A stretch of DNA of 64,000 nucleotides from a phage: sequence record PZ452608.1; one strand, given 5' to 3'. The notes beneath the pieces are model-generated. The model saw nothing but the letters and a program-made list of their open reading frames with translations, searched no databases and was not told where the DNA came from. Position 1 is the stretch's first letter, and each line of letters starts with the position of its first letter. Of the stretch, positions 43,785 through 54,055 are shown piece after piece. The translations under genes were made by a program, and so were the position numbers.

Positions 43785-46019
43785 ATGATTAAGACAATTA
43801 AAAAATCAAACGGTACAGTGGTAAGTTTTGACCCAGAAAGACTGAATAAGTGGGCATCATGGGCAGATAAGCGTGGAATCATCTGGTCAGAAGTCACTAT
43901 GGAAGCCATGAAACGTGTCTATGAAGGTTGCACCACAAAAGAGATGCACCAAGCCATGATTGATGTTTGTGTTGATAAACAAACTCAAGAGTACTCAGAC
44001 ATGGCTGGACGGCTACTTCTGGGGATTATCTACAAAGAAGCCTTTGGAGGCTTTACTAAGGTTCCTACGCTGGTTACCTTCGTTAAAAATATGGAGAGAG
44101 CAGGACTTTGGGAGAAGATGGACTATTCTCAGGAAGAGCTTGAATATCTGCAAGGGTACATTGTGCACTCAAAAGATATCTCTTACGGCTATGCAGTGTT
44201 GAAACAGTTCAGAGATAAATATGGTATCCGTGATATTAAAACGGGAAGACTTTTTGAATCACCACAATTTATGTTTATGGGTATGGCTATGAAAGCCTTT
44301 GAGAAGCAACCAAAGCACCGTAGACTGCAAGATGTGATTAAACTGTACACTTACCTATCTGACCTGAAGATTAATGCTCCTACGCCTTATCTGAATGGTT
44401 TACGTGCTACTAAGTCAGGTTATGCGTCATGCTGTTTGATTAAGGCAAATGATACTGCTGAGTCACTTGGTATTGCTGCAAAGGTTGCTTATGACATGAC
44501 TACAAAGCAAGCTGGTATTGGTATGCTGATGGAGACTCGCACTATTGGTGATGGTATCCGTCAAAATACTATTGAGCACATGGGTAAGCTACCTTATTAC
44601 AAGCTTGTACGTTCATCTGTAGAGGCAAACAAACAGAAGAGTCGTGGTGGTTCAGCTAATAACTTCTACACTGCTCTAGACCCGCAGATTGAAGATTTAC
44701 TGCGTTTGAAGCACCCTACAACGGTTCCTTCTAAACGTATTAATGAGATGGACTACTCATTCGGTACAAACGATTATTTCTGGCAGTGTGTTCAGTATGA
44801 TACAGATTGGTTGCTATTCTCTTACAAAGATGCACCAAAACTCTATGACATGTTCTACACAGCATCTGCTGATGAGTTTGCTATGGCAGTTGGTCATGCA
44901 GTACATTCAGGTGTTAAACACAGACGAGTCAAGGCTCGTGAAATTGCTAAGCTGTTTATTCAACAGCGTTATGCTACAGGTCGTGTGTATCCATTCTTCA
45001 CTAACAATGCAAACACACATACACCATTTAAAGAACCATTGAAGATGTCAAATCTTTGTATGGAAATTGTATTGCCAGTGTATGGTTTTGAGAAAGAGAC
45101 AGACCTTTACAGAGACGATGCTGTGAAAGAGGATGGTGAGGTAGCTCTTTGCTTCCTAGCTAGTTTGGTTGCAGGGAGAATTTCAGAAGATGAATACGCT
45201 GACGTTGCTTATTATGCTCTTGCAATGGTTGACTCCGTTATTGACCTTATGGATTATCCGTATCCGTCGATGCGTAACCATGTTCAGAAGCGTCGTTCTG
45301 TTGGGATTGGCCTTACAAATGTGGCTCATTACCTTGCGAAGAACTACGTGAACTATTCTTCAAGAGCAGGTAAGACGAAGCTTCATGAGCTTGCTGAAAT
45401 GCACTCTTACTACTTACACGAAGCTTCTTTGAGACTTGCTAAAGAACGTGGTGTACCTGAGTATATGAAGTTCACTAAGTATCCTGAAGGGTGGGTTCCT
45501 CCAAAGACAGCTAACAAGAAGATTGATGAAAAGCATGATGCGAAACTACGATATGATTGGGATGACTTAGCACAACGTATCAAAGAGAATGGTGGAATCC
45601 GAAACTCTGTATTAGAAGCTTACATGCCTAATGAGAGTTCTTCACTAGCAACTAATACGACAAATGGCTTGTACCCAATTCGTGACTTTATTTTAACTAA
45701 AAAGTCTGCAACTGGTAACGTACTGTTTATTGTTCCAGATTATGAAGAGTTGAAGTATGTCTATGAAATTGCTTGGGATATTGACACCTTTGATATGATT
45801 GATTGTTATGCAATTGCTCAAAAGTTCACTGGTCAAGCTATCTCTTCAGACTTCTATGTTGACTATGCAAAGTCTAAGAAGGTATCATTGGCTCAAGCTC
45901 TGAAGTACATGATTTATGCCAACTCGGTAGGTATGAAAACCATGTACTACCTTAACAGTCGCATTGGTGTAGGTAAATCTGCACTGCAAGATGCTTATTG
46001 CGAGGGCTGCGGTGTTTAG
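43785..46019 (+). CDS. nrdA: Ribonucleotide reductase class I alpha subunit
   Basis: N-terminal ATP-cone-like MIKTIKKSNGTVVSFDPERLNKW; active-site NLCMEIVLP; C-terminal Cys pair YCEGCGV. Confidence 0.9.
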   Translation: MIKTIKKSNGTVVSFDPERLNKWASWADKRGIIWSEVTMEAMKRVYEGCTTKEMHQAMIDVCVDKQTQEYSDMAGRLLLGIIYKEAFGGFTKVPTLVTFVKNMERAGLWEKMDYSQEELEYLQGYIVHSKDISYGYAVLKQFRDKYGIRDIKTGRLFESPQFMFMGMAMKAFEKQPKHRRLQDVIKLYTYLSDLKINAPTPYLNGLRATKSGYASCCLIKANDTAESLGIAAKVAYDMTTKQAGIGMLMETRTIGDGIRQNTIEHMGKLPYYKLVRSSVEANKQKSRGGSANNFYTALDPQIEDLLRLKHPTTVPSKRINEMDYSFGTNDYFWQCVQYDTDWLLFSYKDAPKLYDMFYTASADEFAMAVGHAVHSGVKHRRVKAREIAKLFIQQRYATGRVYPFFTNNANTHTPFKEPLKMSNLCMEIVLPVYGFEKETDLYRDDAVKEDGEVALCFLASLVAGRISEDEYADVAYYALAMVDSVIDLMDYPYPSMRNHVQKRRSVGIGLTNVAHYLAKNYVNYSSRAGKTKLHELAEMHSYYLHEASLRLAKERGVPEYMKFTKYPEGWVPPKTANKKIDEKHDAKLRYDWDDLAQRIKENGGIRNSVLEAYMPNESSSLATNTTNGLYPIRDFILTKKSATGNVLFIVPDYEELKYVYEIAWDIDTFDMIDCYAIAQKFTGQAISSDFYVDYAKSKKVSLAQALKYMIYANSVGMKTMYYLNSRIGVGKSALQDAYCEGCGV

Positions 46020-46032
46020 TTTTAACAACTAT

Positions 46033-46052
46033 GAGGGTCGTAAAAGACCCTC
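46033..46052 (+). other. Hairpin between nrdA and a small ORF, no U-tract
   Basis: GAGGGTC-GTAAAA-GACCCTC followed by TAAAAATAAC. Confidence 0.35.
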
Positions 46053-46074
46053 TAAAAATAACTTTGGAGAGAGT

Positions 46075-46332
46075 ATGAAGGACTTAATAGCAAATCATGA
46101 GTGGCCAATTTATCTGCTCTACAAACCTCGGAAAACGTTGTACTATGTAAGTAGCACAGATATGATGATAAAACAAAATGATGACTCATGGGTTGATGGT
46201 GTGTCATACATCTCTACAGCAGATGGTAAAATCTATGCAAGACCATATGAAATGTTCAATGAAGAAAATTGGGAAGTTCTAGACCGAAAACAAGCCTTAG
46301 AAATGATAAAGAAAGGAGAAATCACACTATGA
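46075..46332 (+). CDS. Hypothetical small protein between nrdA and nrdB
   Basis: ATG at 46075 with GGAGAGAGT RBS; ATGA overlap with nrdB start. Confidence 0.4.
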   Translation: MKDLIANHEWPIYLLYKPRKTLYYVSSTDMMIKQNDDSWVDGVSYISTADGKIYARPYEMFNEENWEVLDRKQALEMIKKGEITL

Positions 46333-47402
46333 TTAACCAACACCCAATCTTTTTAGGTGGTGAGAGAAAGACATTTGACTCACTTAATAAGCACTACCCA
46401 AAAATCTTTGAGCTATATAAACAACAAAAAGCGCAAGACTGGTCAGAAGATGAGTTTCCTTTTGAACAATCACGTCTTGATTTTGAGAGTGTGCCAGCAT
46501 CAATGTCAGGTGTAATGCTTGAGATTCTTAAGTGGCAGTGGGAAGCAGATACCCAAGTTGCTAAGAGCTTGGCATTCGCCTTTGCACCATTCATCTCTGA
46601 TGACATCTATGCAACTGCAATTATGAAGCAGTCTGAGATTGAAAACCTACATGCTCTTACTTACTCAGAGATTGTAAGGCAATGTATTAAAAACCCTGAA
46701 ACAATCTTAGATGAGATTAACCAGAATGTTGCTGTACAAGACCGATTAAAAACTGTGAATCGTGTTCTTGAAGAATTACTGGATGAAGGTATAAACTATC
46801 GCCTGAGTTATGTCCGTGATTCACTTCTTGACAAAGACCCTTTACACTTCCATAAAGTGATTCTGAAAGGGCTGTTTGCAGTGACTGCACTTGAAGGTAT
46901 ATCTTTTATGGCATCCTTTGCATGTACTTTTGCACTTGATGCTCAAGATAAATTTCAGGGTATTGCTCAAGCTGTCCAGAAAATTATGCTTGACGAAATC
47001 CTTCACACTAAAATTGATATTGAAGTTTTAAAAGAAACTTTAAGAGATGATGAGTGGCAGAAAGCTTTTCAACAAATTCTTCCAGAGATTAAAGTAATCT
47101 TAGATGAAGTAGTTGAAAGTGAAGAGAAATGGTCGTATTATATCTTCTCTGAAGGACGTGCTGTAGTTGGGTTAAATACAAAACTTCTTCATGAGTGGGT
47201 TTACTATAATGCTGCCCCACTGTATGATATGTTTGGTATTCCCAGAGATTTTGTAGCTCCTAAAGAACCACCTTTGAAGTATATGATTAAGAAGATGGAA
47301 ATTGATAAAGAGCAGAATGCTAATCAGGAGCAACAGAACGGTGCGTACCTGTTGAATACTGTTGTAGATGATTTGAATAGTGGATTTTTAGAGGTTCCTT
47401 AA
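46329..47402 (+). CDS. nrdB: Ribonucleotide reductase class I beta subunit
   Basis: Ferritin-like motifs EGISFMASFACTFAL and MLDEILH; ATG at 46329 with AAAGGAGAA RBS (track start 46269 is TTG). Confidence 0.85.
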   Translation: MINQHPIFLGGERKTFDSLNKHYPKIFELYKQQKAQDWSEDEFPFEQSRLDFESVPASMSGVMLEILKWQWEADTQVAKSLAFAFAPFISDDIYATAIMKQSEIENLHALTYSEIVRQCIKNPETILDEINQNVAVQDRLKTVNRVLEELLDEGINYRLSYVRDSLLDKDPLHFHKVILKGLFAVTALEGISFMASFACTFALDAQDKFQGIAQAVQKIMLDEILHTKIDIEVLKETLRDDEWQKAFQQILPEIKVILDEVVESEEKWSYYIFSEGRAVVGLNTKLLHEWVYYNAAPLYDMFGIPRDFVAPKEPPLKYMIKKMEIDKEQNANQEQQNGAYLLNTVVDDLNSGFLEVP

Positions 47403-47644
47403 TGACTTATGTGATTTACTCCAAAACTGGATGCCCTCAGTGTGAGACTGCAAAGAATTTTGCAAAAACTCGTGGTATTGACCATGTTGTGAGAATGTTA
47501 GGGCAGGATTATGAACTGTCAGACCTGATGGATATTGCACAGATGCCAGTTCGTCAGATGCCATTCATCATGAAAACTGATGGACAAAACCTAAAGCCTG
47601 TTGGGACGCTACAGAATTTTATGGCAGAGGTGAATAATGCTTAA
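47402..47644 (+). CDS. Glutaredoxin-like redoxin (NrdH/Grx-type)
   Basis: Active site YSKTGCPQCETAKNF (CPxC), 80 aa, adjacent to nrdB. Confidence 0.7.
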   Translation: MTYVIYSKTGCPQCETAKNFAKTRGIDHVVRMLGQDYELSDLMDIAQMPVRQMPFIMKTDGQNLKPVGTLQNFMAEVNNA

Positions 47645-47843
47645 ACGCATTTGGGAAGGTTTGGTTGTTGATGCACCAGCTATTGTGATTGGTATGCTGA
47701 TTGTTAACCTATTTACTGATTTTGAACAAGGTTCATTGTTTGGGGCCATGTTACTATGGGTTATCTTTGAAATATTAGAGATACAGTTAGGCATCACTGA
47801 AAAACTTAGAAAACTCGTTTCTAAGTTTTCTAAAAAGATTTAA
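47637..47843 (+). CDS. Small membrane protein
   Basis: Two hydrophobic segments IVIGMLIVNLF and GAMLLWVIFEIL. Confidence 0.4.
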   Translation: MLKRIWEGLVVDAPAIVIGMLIVNLFTDFEQGSLFGAMLLWVIFEILEIQLGITEKLRKLVSKFSKKI

Positions 47844-47847
47844 AATG

Positions 47848-47872
47848 AAAGGGTCTCTTCGGAGACCTTTTT
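47848..47872 (+). terminator. Intrinsic terminator
   Basis: AAAGGGTCTC-TTCG-GAGACCTTT followed by TTTTT. Confidence 0.7.
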
Positions 47873-47891
47873 AGCATGTAAAGGGGCAATA

Positions 47892-50036
47892 ATGAACAAA
47901 GTACAGATTATTAAAAAGAACGGCTCACTTGAAGAACCCGATATCAAAAAAGTTTTAGCAGCAGTAGCTAAGTCAGCTAACAGGGTTGGATATAAAGAAC
48001 TTCCACCAGATGTTACCCAAGCTCTTGAGTCAGCATTTATGAGGATTTTGGTAAAGTCCACTAAGCAGAATAATTTGCTTATCTCGGTAAATGATATTCA
48101 CAGTATTGTTGAAGGTGCTTTGGCAGAGGTCAATCACGAGATTTATGAGTCTTACTCAACATACAGAAATTACCGTAAAGAGGTTGCTCAAAATTGGGAC
48201 GAACTCTACCAGAAGACTAAAGATACACTCTTCTTAGGTGACCGTGAAAATGCTAACTTTGACAGCAGTTTAATTTCTACGAAAGGTTCAATTATCCGTG
48301 GTTACCTGACTAAAGAAATCTTTAAACAGTATCATCTAACACCAGAGGAACTTGAAGCCATTGAGAAAGGCTTTATCTATATCCACGATTTGAGAGACCT
48401 GATTTTTGGTGGTATTAACTGTTGCCTGTTTGACATTGGTAAAGTACTAAAAGGTGGCTTTGAAATGTCCGGCATTGAGTACTGTGAACCTAAATCTGTA
48501 CTGTCAGCGTTGCAGGTTATTGGTGACGTAGTACTTTCAGCAACTGCACAGCAATTTGGTGGTTTTACTTTAGCAGAGATTGATAAGGTACTTGTACCGT
48601 ATGCTAAGAAGTCTCTACGCTATCATGCTGAGAAAGCATCATCTTATGGTATTCCTAAAGAGCATTACCACAATTATGTAATGGAGCAGTTACAAATTGA
48701 ACTGACTCAAGGTTTTCAGTCACTTGAGATGAAACTAAATACCGTACCTTGTAGCCGTGGTGATTTTGCATTCACAACTTTAACATTTGGTTTACTTGAC
48801 TCAGATATGTCTAATGAGGATAATCGACTACAATACATGATTGCAAGTACTCTCCTAGATGTTCGTATGAATGGACAAGGCAAGAGTAAAAAACCTGTTG
48901 TATTCCCTAAACTGGTCTATATTTATGACCAGAAGAGACATGATGAGAATATCTGTCAAGGTCACCTGTACAGTAAAGCTATTGAGTGTTGCTCTAAAGC
49001 AATGTACCCAGATTTCTTAAGTGTGTCTGGTCATGGTGCTGTAGCAGAGGCTTTTGAGCGTTCTGGTAAGGTAATTTCACCGATGGGTTGCAGAGCCTTC
49101 TTATCTCCATATTTTAATGAGGATGGGGAAGAGTTTTACGTTGGTCGTGCTAACATTGGTGCTGTATCTTTGAACTTGCCAATGATTTACCAGTACTCTA
49201 AAGAGAATGGTTTAGATTTCTGGAAAGAGCTTGATAAGTACCTAGAGATGATTCGCAACTTCCACAAGAAACGCTACGAAATGATTGCTAATATGCCAGC
49301 AAGTTCTAACCCTCTTGCGTTCACACAAGGTGGTCTGTACAAAGGAACTAAGAAACCTACTGACAAGGTTGGTTGGGATATTGTGAAGTCCTTCACAGCT
49401 TCTTTTGGTGTTACTGCGCTTGATGAGTTGTCTGTTCTTGCTGAAGGTAAACGACTTCATGAAGTTGGAAGCTATAGTTTTACATATGATGTTCTGGCAT
49501 ACATTAACATGAAAACCGAAGAGTTTAAAAATGAAGATGGCTTCTTATATGCCGTCTATGGTACTCCAGCAGAATCACTATGTGGGACTCAGCTAAAACA
49601 GTTCAGAGATATGTTTGGGGTTATCAAAGGTGTTTCCGATAAGGAATACTTTACAAACAGTTTCCATATGAATGTTGCAGCAGACATCTCACCATTTGAG
49701 AAGCAGGACTTAGAAGAGCCATTCTTCCATATCTGTAGAGGCGGTAGAATCCAGTATGTAAGAGTAGCTAACCCAGAAAACTTATCAGCACTTAAGAGCT
49801 GTATTACAAGAGGGATGTTGAAAGGTTTCTATCAGGGACTTAACTTTGACTTAGCAATCTGTGAACATTGTGGTAACAGGCCAAAGGCTGATGTTGAAGA
49901 ATGTGAAGTTTGTCACTCACATGATATCTCTGTGATTAACAGGGTGTGTGGGTATCTTGGATGGACTAAGATTAAAGGTGAATCCCGAATGAACGATGCA
50001 AAAATCGCTGAGATTCGTGACAGAGTTTCTATGTAA
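47892..50036 (+). CDS. nrdD: Anaerobic ribonucleotide reductase class III
   Basis: Glycyl-radical motif RVCGYLG near C-terminus; zinc ribbon CEHCGNRPK...CEVCHSH; N-terminal ATP-cone-like segment. Confidence 0.9.
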   Translation: MNKVQIIKKNGSLEEPDIKKVLAAVAKSANRVGYKELPPDVTQALESAFMRILVKSTKQNNLLISVNDIHSIVEGALAEVNHEIYESYSTYRNYRKEVAQNWDELYQKTKDTLFLGDRENANFDSSLISTKGSIIRGYLTKEIFKQYHLTPEELEAIEKGFIYIHDLRDLIFGGINCCLFDIGKVLKGGFEMSGIEYCEPKSVLSALQVIGDVVLSATAQQFGGFTLAEIDKVLVPYAKKSLRYHAEKASSYGIPKEHYHNYVMEQLQIELTQGFQSLEMKLNTVPCSRGDFAFTTLTFGLLDSDMSNEDNRLQYMIASTLLDVRMNGQGKSKKPVVFPKLVYIYDQKRHDENICQGHLYSKAIECCSKAMYPDFLSVSGHGAVAEAFERSGKVISPMGCRAFLSPYFNEDGEEFYVGRANIGAVSLNLPMIYQYSKENGLDFWKELDKYLEMIRNFHKKRYEMIANMPASSNPLAFTQGGLYKGTKKPTDKVGWDIVKSFTASFGVTALDELSVLAEGKRLHEVGSYSFTYDVLAYINMKTEEFKNEDGFLYAVYGTPAESLCGTQLKQFRDMFGVIKGVSDKEYFTNSFHMNVAADISPFEKQDLEEPFFHICRGGRIQYVRVANPENLSALKSCITRGMLKGFYQGLNFDLAICEHCGNRPKADVEECEVCHSHDISVINRVCGYLGWTKIKGESRMNDAKIAEIRDRVSM

Positions 50037-50190
50037 AACTTGACATGGTGGTGTGAGTCTTGATAGGCTTACATCACCTTTTTTATTGGATGTTAGATAT
50101 GGCAGAGAGTATTATTGGGTTGTTCATAGGTTCTGTCTTACTAGGGTTCTTTTTAGAACTCTCTTATTGTGAATTAAGAGGCAAGTTAAA

Positions 50191-50391
50191 ATGTTTAAAA
50201 TATCAAAAGCGTTGATATACATTCTCCACATTCTAATCTTCTTCTTTGGGGTTAGTGTTATGGTATGGGGTTTTTCAGACCCACAATGGAGTTTCGCATA
50301 TCAGGGTCAGATGGATTTATGGTCATGCTTCAAACCATTTTTAGGGTTAGTCATAGCATTCAGTGCATTGCCAACTAAGGTGAAATTATGA
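50191..50391 (+). CDS. Small membrane protein
   Basis: Hydrophobic segments ALIYILHILIFFFGVSVMVWGF and LGLVIAFSAL. Confidence 0.35.
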   Translation: MFKISKALIYILHILIFFFGVSVMVWGFSDPQWSFAYQGQMDLWSCFKPFLGLVIAFSALPTKVKL

Positions 50392-50783
50392 TTAAGTTGA
50401 ACAAAAAACAGTTAGAGTGGATTAAAGATTATGCCTCAGAGTGTGGCTCTTGCGAAAAGAATCACGTAAGATATTCAACATTCCATACGACCTTCACATT
50501 GTACATCAGCGACAACGTTCTAAGTGATTCCGTAGAAGATGGCGTAGCGTTACCTAATGAATTGCTTGACAAATTAGCTGTAGTCTCTGGAACTTGGTCT
50601 GAAGAAGACGGTCATGAATTATCTAACGATGTTGTCTTCTACACTCTTGAAAACATTATGAATCCAGAGTACATTATACTAATGACTTGTGCACAAGATT
50701 GTGTGCCATTACAAAACTTCATTAAAGAACACTGCGAAGAATTTATTACTAAACAGGTTCCTTGTCAGGTGGTGTTTGAATGA
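50388..50783 (+). CDS. Hypothetical Cys-rich protein
   Basis: 131 aa ORF between nrdD and nrdG. Confidence 0.45.
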   Translation: MIKLNKKQLEWIKDYASECGSCEKNHVRYSTFHTTFTLYISDNVLSDSVEDGVALPNELLDKLAVVSGTWSEEDGHELSNDVVFYTLENIMNPEYIILMTCAQDCVPLQNFIKEHCEEFITKQVPCQVVFE

Positions 50784-51079
50784 GTAAAACAATTCGAAGA
50801 AAAGGTTTAAAGAACGTTCATGGACTCTATGAGTGGAGAAATGAGGTACGTAACAGAGAAAATGCTTCAGATGTCTACTTCCATTCTGATATGATGTCCA
50901 GAAAAGGTGGCTCTTACGACTTCACAAGCCAGCCTTGTAGAGAGATTAAGAAGGCCACTAAACGTCTTACAAGAACACAAATAAGGCAGCTTTCTAAGAC
51001 ATCCTTCTTAGATGAAGATTTTGATATTGATAGCAAGTCTCCAAAGAAAGCCGCTAAGAACACTTATATGTATTGGTGA
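50780..51079 (+). CDS. Hypothetical basic protein
   Basis: 99 aa ORF between nrdD and nrdG. Confidence 0.45.
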   Translation: MSKTIRRKGLKNVHGLYEWRNEVRNRENASDVYFHSDMMSRKGGSYDFTSQPCREIKKATKRLTRTQIRQLSKTSFLDEDFDIDSKSPKKAAKNTYMYW

Positions 51080-51088
51080 GGTAACTAG

Positions 51089-51574
51089 ATGAATTACATG
51101 GAGATTCGACCATTTGACACAGCTAATGGTGAAGGGGTTCGTGTAAGCCTCTTCGTAGCTGGTTGTAAGCATCACTGTGAAGGTTGCTTTAATAAGGAAT
51201 CTTGGAAGTTTAATGCTGGTAAAGAGTTCACTTATGCAAACCTTTATGGCATCATTAAGTTAATGGATGATAATGCCATCAGTGGGCTGTCAATACTTGG
51301 TGGAGAACCTCTAGATGATAGAAATATTCAAGAGGTTACCAACATATGCAAACGTATTAAAACCGTTTACCCAGAAAAATCTATCTGGCTCTGGACAGGT
51401 TTTCAGTTACATGAAAAAATTCACCTTGATGTGATGAAATATGTTGACGTGGTGATTGATGGTAAGTATGATTCATCTAAACCAACAGTTAAACCGTATC
51501 GTGGTTCAGATAACCAAAACCTCTGGAGAAAAGAGTACGGATGGCAAGGTGATTGTCAGTGGAGAGCAGAGTAA
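51089..51574 (+). CDS. nrdG: Anaerobic RNR activating enzyme (radical SAM)
   Basis: CxxxCxxC cluster AGCKHHCEGCFNKESW. Confidence 0.85.
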   Translation: MNYMEIRPFDTANGEGVRVSLFVAGCKHHCEGCFNKESWKFNAGKEFTYANLYGIIKLMDDNAISGLSILGGEPLDDRNIQEVTNICKRIKTVYPEKSIWLWTGFQLHEKIHLDVMKYVDVVIDGKYDSSKPTVKPYRGSDNQNLWRKEYGWQGDCQWRAE

Positions 51575-51698
51575 ATCTCGTTATAAAGTAGGTTATCGGT
51601 AAAAGCCACTTTACAATGTTCTACAGAACAAACTTAACCGTTGGTATCACTGAAGAAGAACTTAAAACATTTTGTGAAAAGATTGAGAGAGATATGAA

Positions 51699-51956
51699 AT
51701 GGGACTCTGGAATAGTTTTAAATCAAAAGTGAAAGCAGCACTAGCTTCATTAGGTATGCTCACTGGTGTTGATGTGACTCATCTTATGCAGAACTTCAAG
51801 ATGGATGAGAAACTGGCTAATGAGATTATGAAAAGCATCTATGTAGGCCGTGGCAAAGGTGGTAAGAAGCAAGCCCATCGTCCGACTGGTGCAGCAGCAA
51901 TTAAACGCGCAGCTAAGAAAGCTCGTAACCGTAAACGTAATAAGAAGGCTAAATAA
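51699..51956 (+). CDS. Small highly basic protein
   Basis: C-terminal KRAAKKARNRKRNKKAK. Confidence 0.4.
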   Translation: MGLWNSFKSKVKAALASLGMLTGVDVTHLMQNFKMDEKLANEIMKSIYVGRGKGGKKQAHRPTGAAAIKRAAKKARNRKRNKKAK

Positions 51957-51958
51957 TC

Positions 51959-52279
51959 ATGAGCAAAGTTTATAACACTCGTAAATTACAGATTTTCTTA
52001 CTGTGCCAGTTTATGGCTAGAGAACATAACTCCTACTATTGTGGTACAGGATTCATTAGTGATAATGATGGCTCATATCTCCCATTCAAAGAGGCTGTAA
52101 AACTCTTCAATGAAGAGAAAAGCTCTGAGAAAGGTATTGAAAAGGTTAAATTAACCTATAGTAAGAAAGATAAGAAGATTATCTGCCTAGATAACTTTGT
52201 GAAAGTTACCAAAGAAACTAAAGAGTTAATGGAAGAAAGTGAAATTCCATTCACAAGAATCTTGAAAGTAGCTCAGTAA
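51959..52279 (+). CDS. Hypothetical protein
   Basis: 106 aa ORF followed by terminator. Confidence 0.45.
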   Translation: MSKVYNTRKLQIFLLCQFMAREHNSYYCGTGFISDNDGSYLPFKEAVKLFNEEKSSEKGIEKVKLTYSKKDKKIICLDNFVKVTKETKELMEESEIPFTRILKVAQ

Positions 52280-52290
52280 ACAGATACTAT

Positions 52291-52321
52291 AAGGGGACTG
52301 TAAAGGTTCCCTTTTTATTTT
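52291..52321 (+). terminator. Intrinsic terminator
   Basis: AAGGGGAC-tgtaaag-GTTCCCTT followed by TTTTATTTT. Confidence 0.6.
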
Positions 52322-52330
52322 GGAGGTAAA

Positions 52331-52846
52331 ATGTATCTGTCAAACCTGAAACGTTCGGTTGCAATGTCAGTTCTAAGACTCAGCTTTGATGAGCGTCAAG
52401 AGTTTATAGACTCCCACAAATATGACCCTTCAAATTCTAATCACATGGTTCTTTGGAATCGTGGTAACTTACGTGAAAGAGCACTTGTCCGTTATTACCC
52501 ACACTACACAATAGATAACCTGTATGAATGGTGTGTTGTGAAGAACACCATTGCAACACTGAACAATCTTTGCAGGTATACGGGTAAGCAAATATTTACA
52601 TTAGGTCATCACAAACCTGTTACAAAAGGTGGTGAACATCACTGTGCAAACTGGTTTATCCAAACTAAAGCTGATAACCAGAAGCAAGGAGATAGCCTCC
52701 TAAGTATCCCTAAGATGACCTATGAAGAGCAAGAGAAATATATCAAAAATAATATGCCAGATGTGCTTGACAACAACTATACAGATTTGGCAATATCTCT
52801 CCTGTTGAAGTTCGAGACAGTTTATAGGGCAACTTATAATGACTAA
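52331..52846 (+). CDS. HNH endonuclease domain protein
   Basis: LGHHKPVTKGGEHHCANWFIQTKADNQKQG. Confidence 0.5.
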   Translation: MYLSNLKRSVAMSVLRLSFDERQEFIDSHKYDPSNSNHMVLWNRGNLRERALVRYYPHYTIDNLYEWCVVKNTIATLNNLCRYTGKQIFTLGHHKPVTKGGEHHCANWFIQTKADNQKQGDSLLSIPKMTYEEQEKYIKNNMPDVLDNNYTDLAISLLLKFETVYRATYND

Positions 52847-53117
52847 AGAAAAGTGGGAGATTTTACCATTAGTCAGTGAAGGAGGTAATGGTTGTGAAAT
52901 GTACATGATACGTGGTCATGTTCCAGAGCCAATTGCACTTGAGATGGTAAACAACTTTACAGATGGTTCTTACAAAGACTTAGGCGAACCAACTGTCAAG
53001 CAACAATGGGTTAAACCTGTACCAGACAGCACAGGTAACTGTAGTGTACTTTATCACGTTGTAGACCCTGCAAAATGCAAATCTGCAATGGCAGTAACAA
53101 ACGTAACTTTTGATTGA
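52839..53117 (+). CDS. Hypothetical protein
   Basis: 92 aa ORF overlapping HNH gene end. Confidence 0.4.
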   Translation: MTKEKWEILPLVSEGGNGCEMYMIRGHVPEPIALEMVNNFTDGSYKDLGEPTVKQQWVKPVPDSTGNCSVLYHVVDPAKCKSAMAVTNVTFD

Positions 53118-53128
53118 GAGAGAAAACT

Positions 53129-54010
53129 ATGAAAACATCTATCCGTGTTACAGTTCATTCACCAACTAAAGGGACTCATGAAGAAGAGTTTAACATCGTC
53201 CAATTCCCTTCTGGTGAGATTGGTGGACACTTTTCGCCAGAGTTTGTTGATTTTACTGCTTATGCAGCATCATCCATCAACAATGTGATTATGATTGTAA
53301 AAGGTTATGACAAGGACACATTGTTTGCTGTGGCACTTGCTAAAGAAGCAATTGATGATTTAATTCCTCATGATTATGCTTTAAAGACTGTCATCTTTTA
53401 CTACTTACCAAATGCACGATATGACCGTCACATGTTTAAAGGTGACGCAGCAGCTTTAAAGGTTTTTGCTAAACAGATTAATGCAATGGGATTTGGCGCA
53501 GTCTGTGCAGTTGACCCTCACAGCTATGTACCAGATAACCTGTTTAACTGCTTCCAGAGTATTCCTCAAAAGGAGATTGCAGTCCACTATGCAAATGACC
53601 CACTGGTTGATTACTTAGTAGCCCCAGATGCAGGTGCTGCTAAGAAGGTTGCAGAGACCGCTAAAGAGGTGGATAAACCATATATCACAATGTCTAAGGT
53701 GCGTAACCTTAAGACTGGTGAAATTACTGGTATGCGAATCCTTGATGATGTTGATTTGACAGATAAAACCGTCATGATTCTGGATGATATCTGTGATGGT
53801 GGTCGAACCTTCATAGAAGCAGCTAAGCATCTCCGTGAAGCAGGTGCAAAACGTGTGGAACTCTATGTAACACATGGTATCTTCTCTAAAGATGTTGAAA
53901 ACCTTCTTGACAATGGTATTGACCATATCTACACTACAAACTCTTTAGGGGAAGCTAAAGACCGTGGCTTAACACATTATGGTCAAGTTACTGTAGCAAA
54001 CCTTGATTGA
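53129..54010 (+). CDS. Ribose-phosphate pyrophosphokinase family enzyme (Prs-like; possibly ADPR-PP synthetase type)
   Basis: PRTase signature VMILDDICDGGRTFIEAAKHLREAGAKRV and LVAPDAGAAKKVAE; divergent N-terminal half; ATG at 53129 (track start 53114 is TTG). Confidence 0.75.
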   Translation: MKTSIRVTVHSPTKGTHEEEFNIVQFPSGEIGGHFSPEFVDFTAYAASSINNVIMIVKGYDKDTLFAVALAKEAIDDLIPHDYALKTVIFYYLPNARYDRHMFKGDAAALKVFAKQINAMGFGAVCAVDPHSYVPDNLFNCFQSIPQKEIAVHYANDPLVDYLVAPDAGAAKKVAETAKEVDKPYITMSKVRNLKTGEITGMRILDDVDLTDKTVMILDDICDGGRTFIEAAKHLREAGAKRVELYVTHGIFSKDVENLLDNGIDHIYTTNSLGEAKDRGLTHYGQVTVANLD

Positions 54011-54018
54011 AACTTTAT

Positions 54019-54041
54019 AGGGGCTTAAAAGCCCCATTTTG
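54019..54041 (+). terminator. Terminator-like hairpin (interrupted U-tract)
   Basis: GGGGCT-TAAA-AGCCCC followed by ATTTTG. Confidence 0.4.
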
Positions 54042-54055
54042 AGAGAGATTAAAAG

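Noticed and set aside
43785-50036. Inteins or group I introns interrupting nrdA, nrdD or the polymerase
   Set aside because: Each ORF is continuous, of normal length for its family, and keeps its conserved motifs in order. Homing endonuclease genes are free-standing, not embedded.
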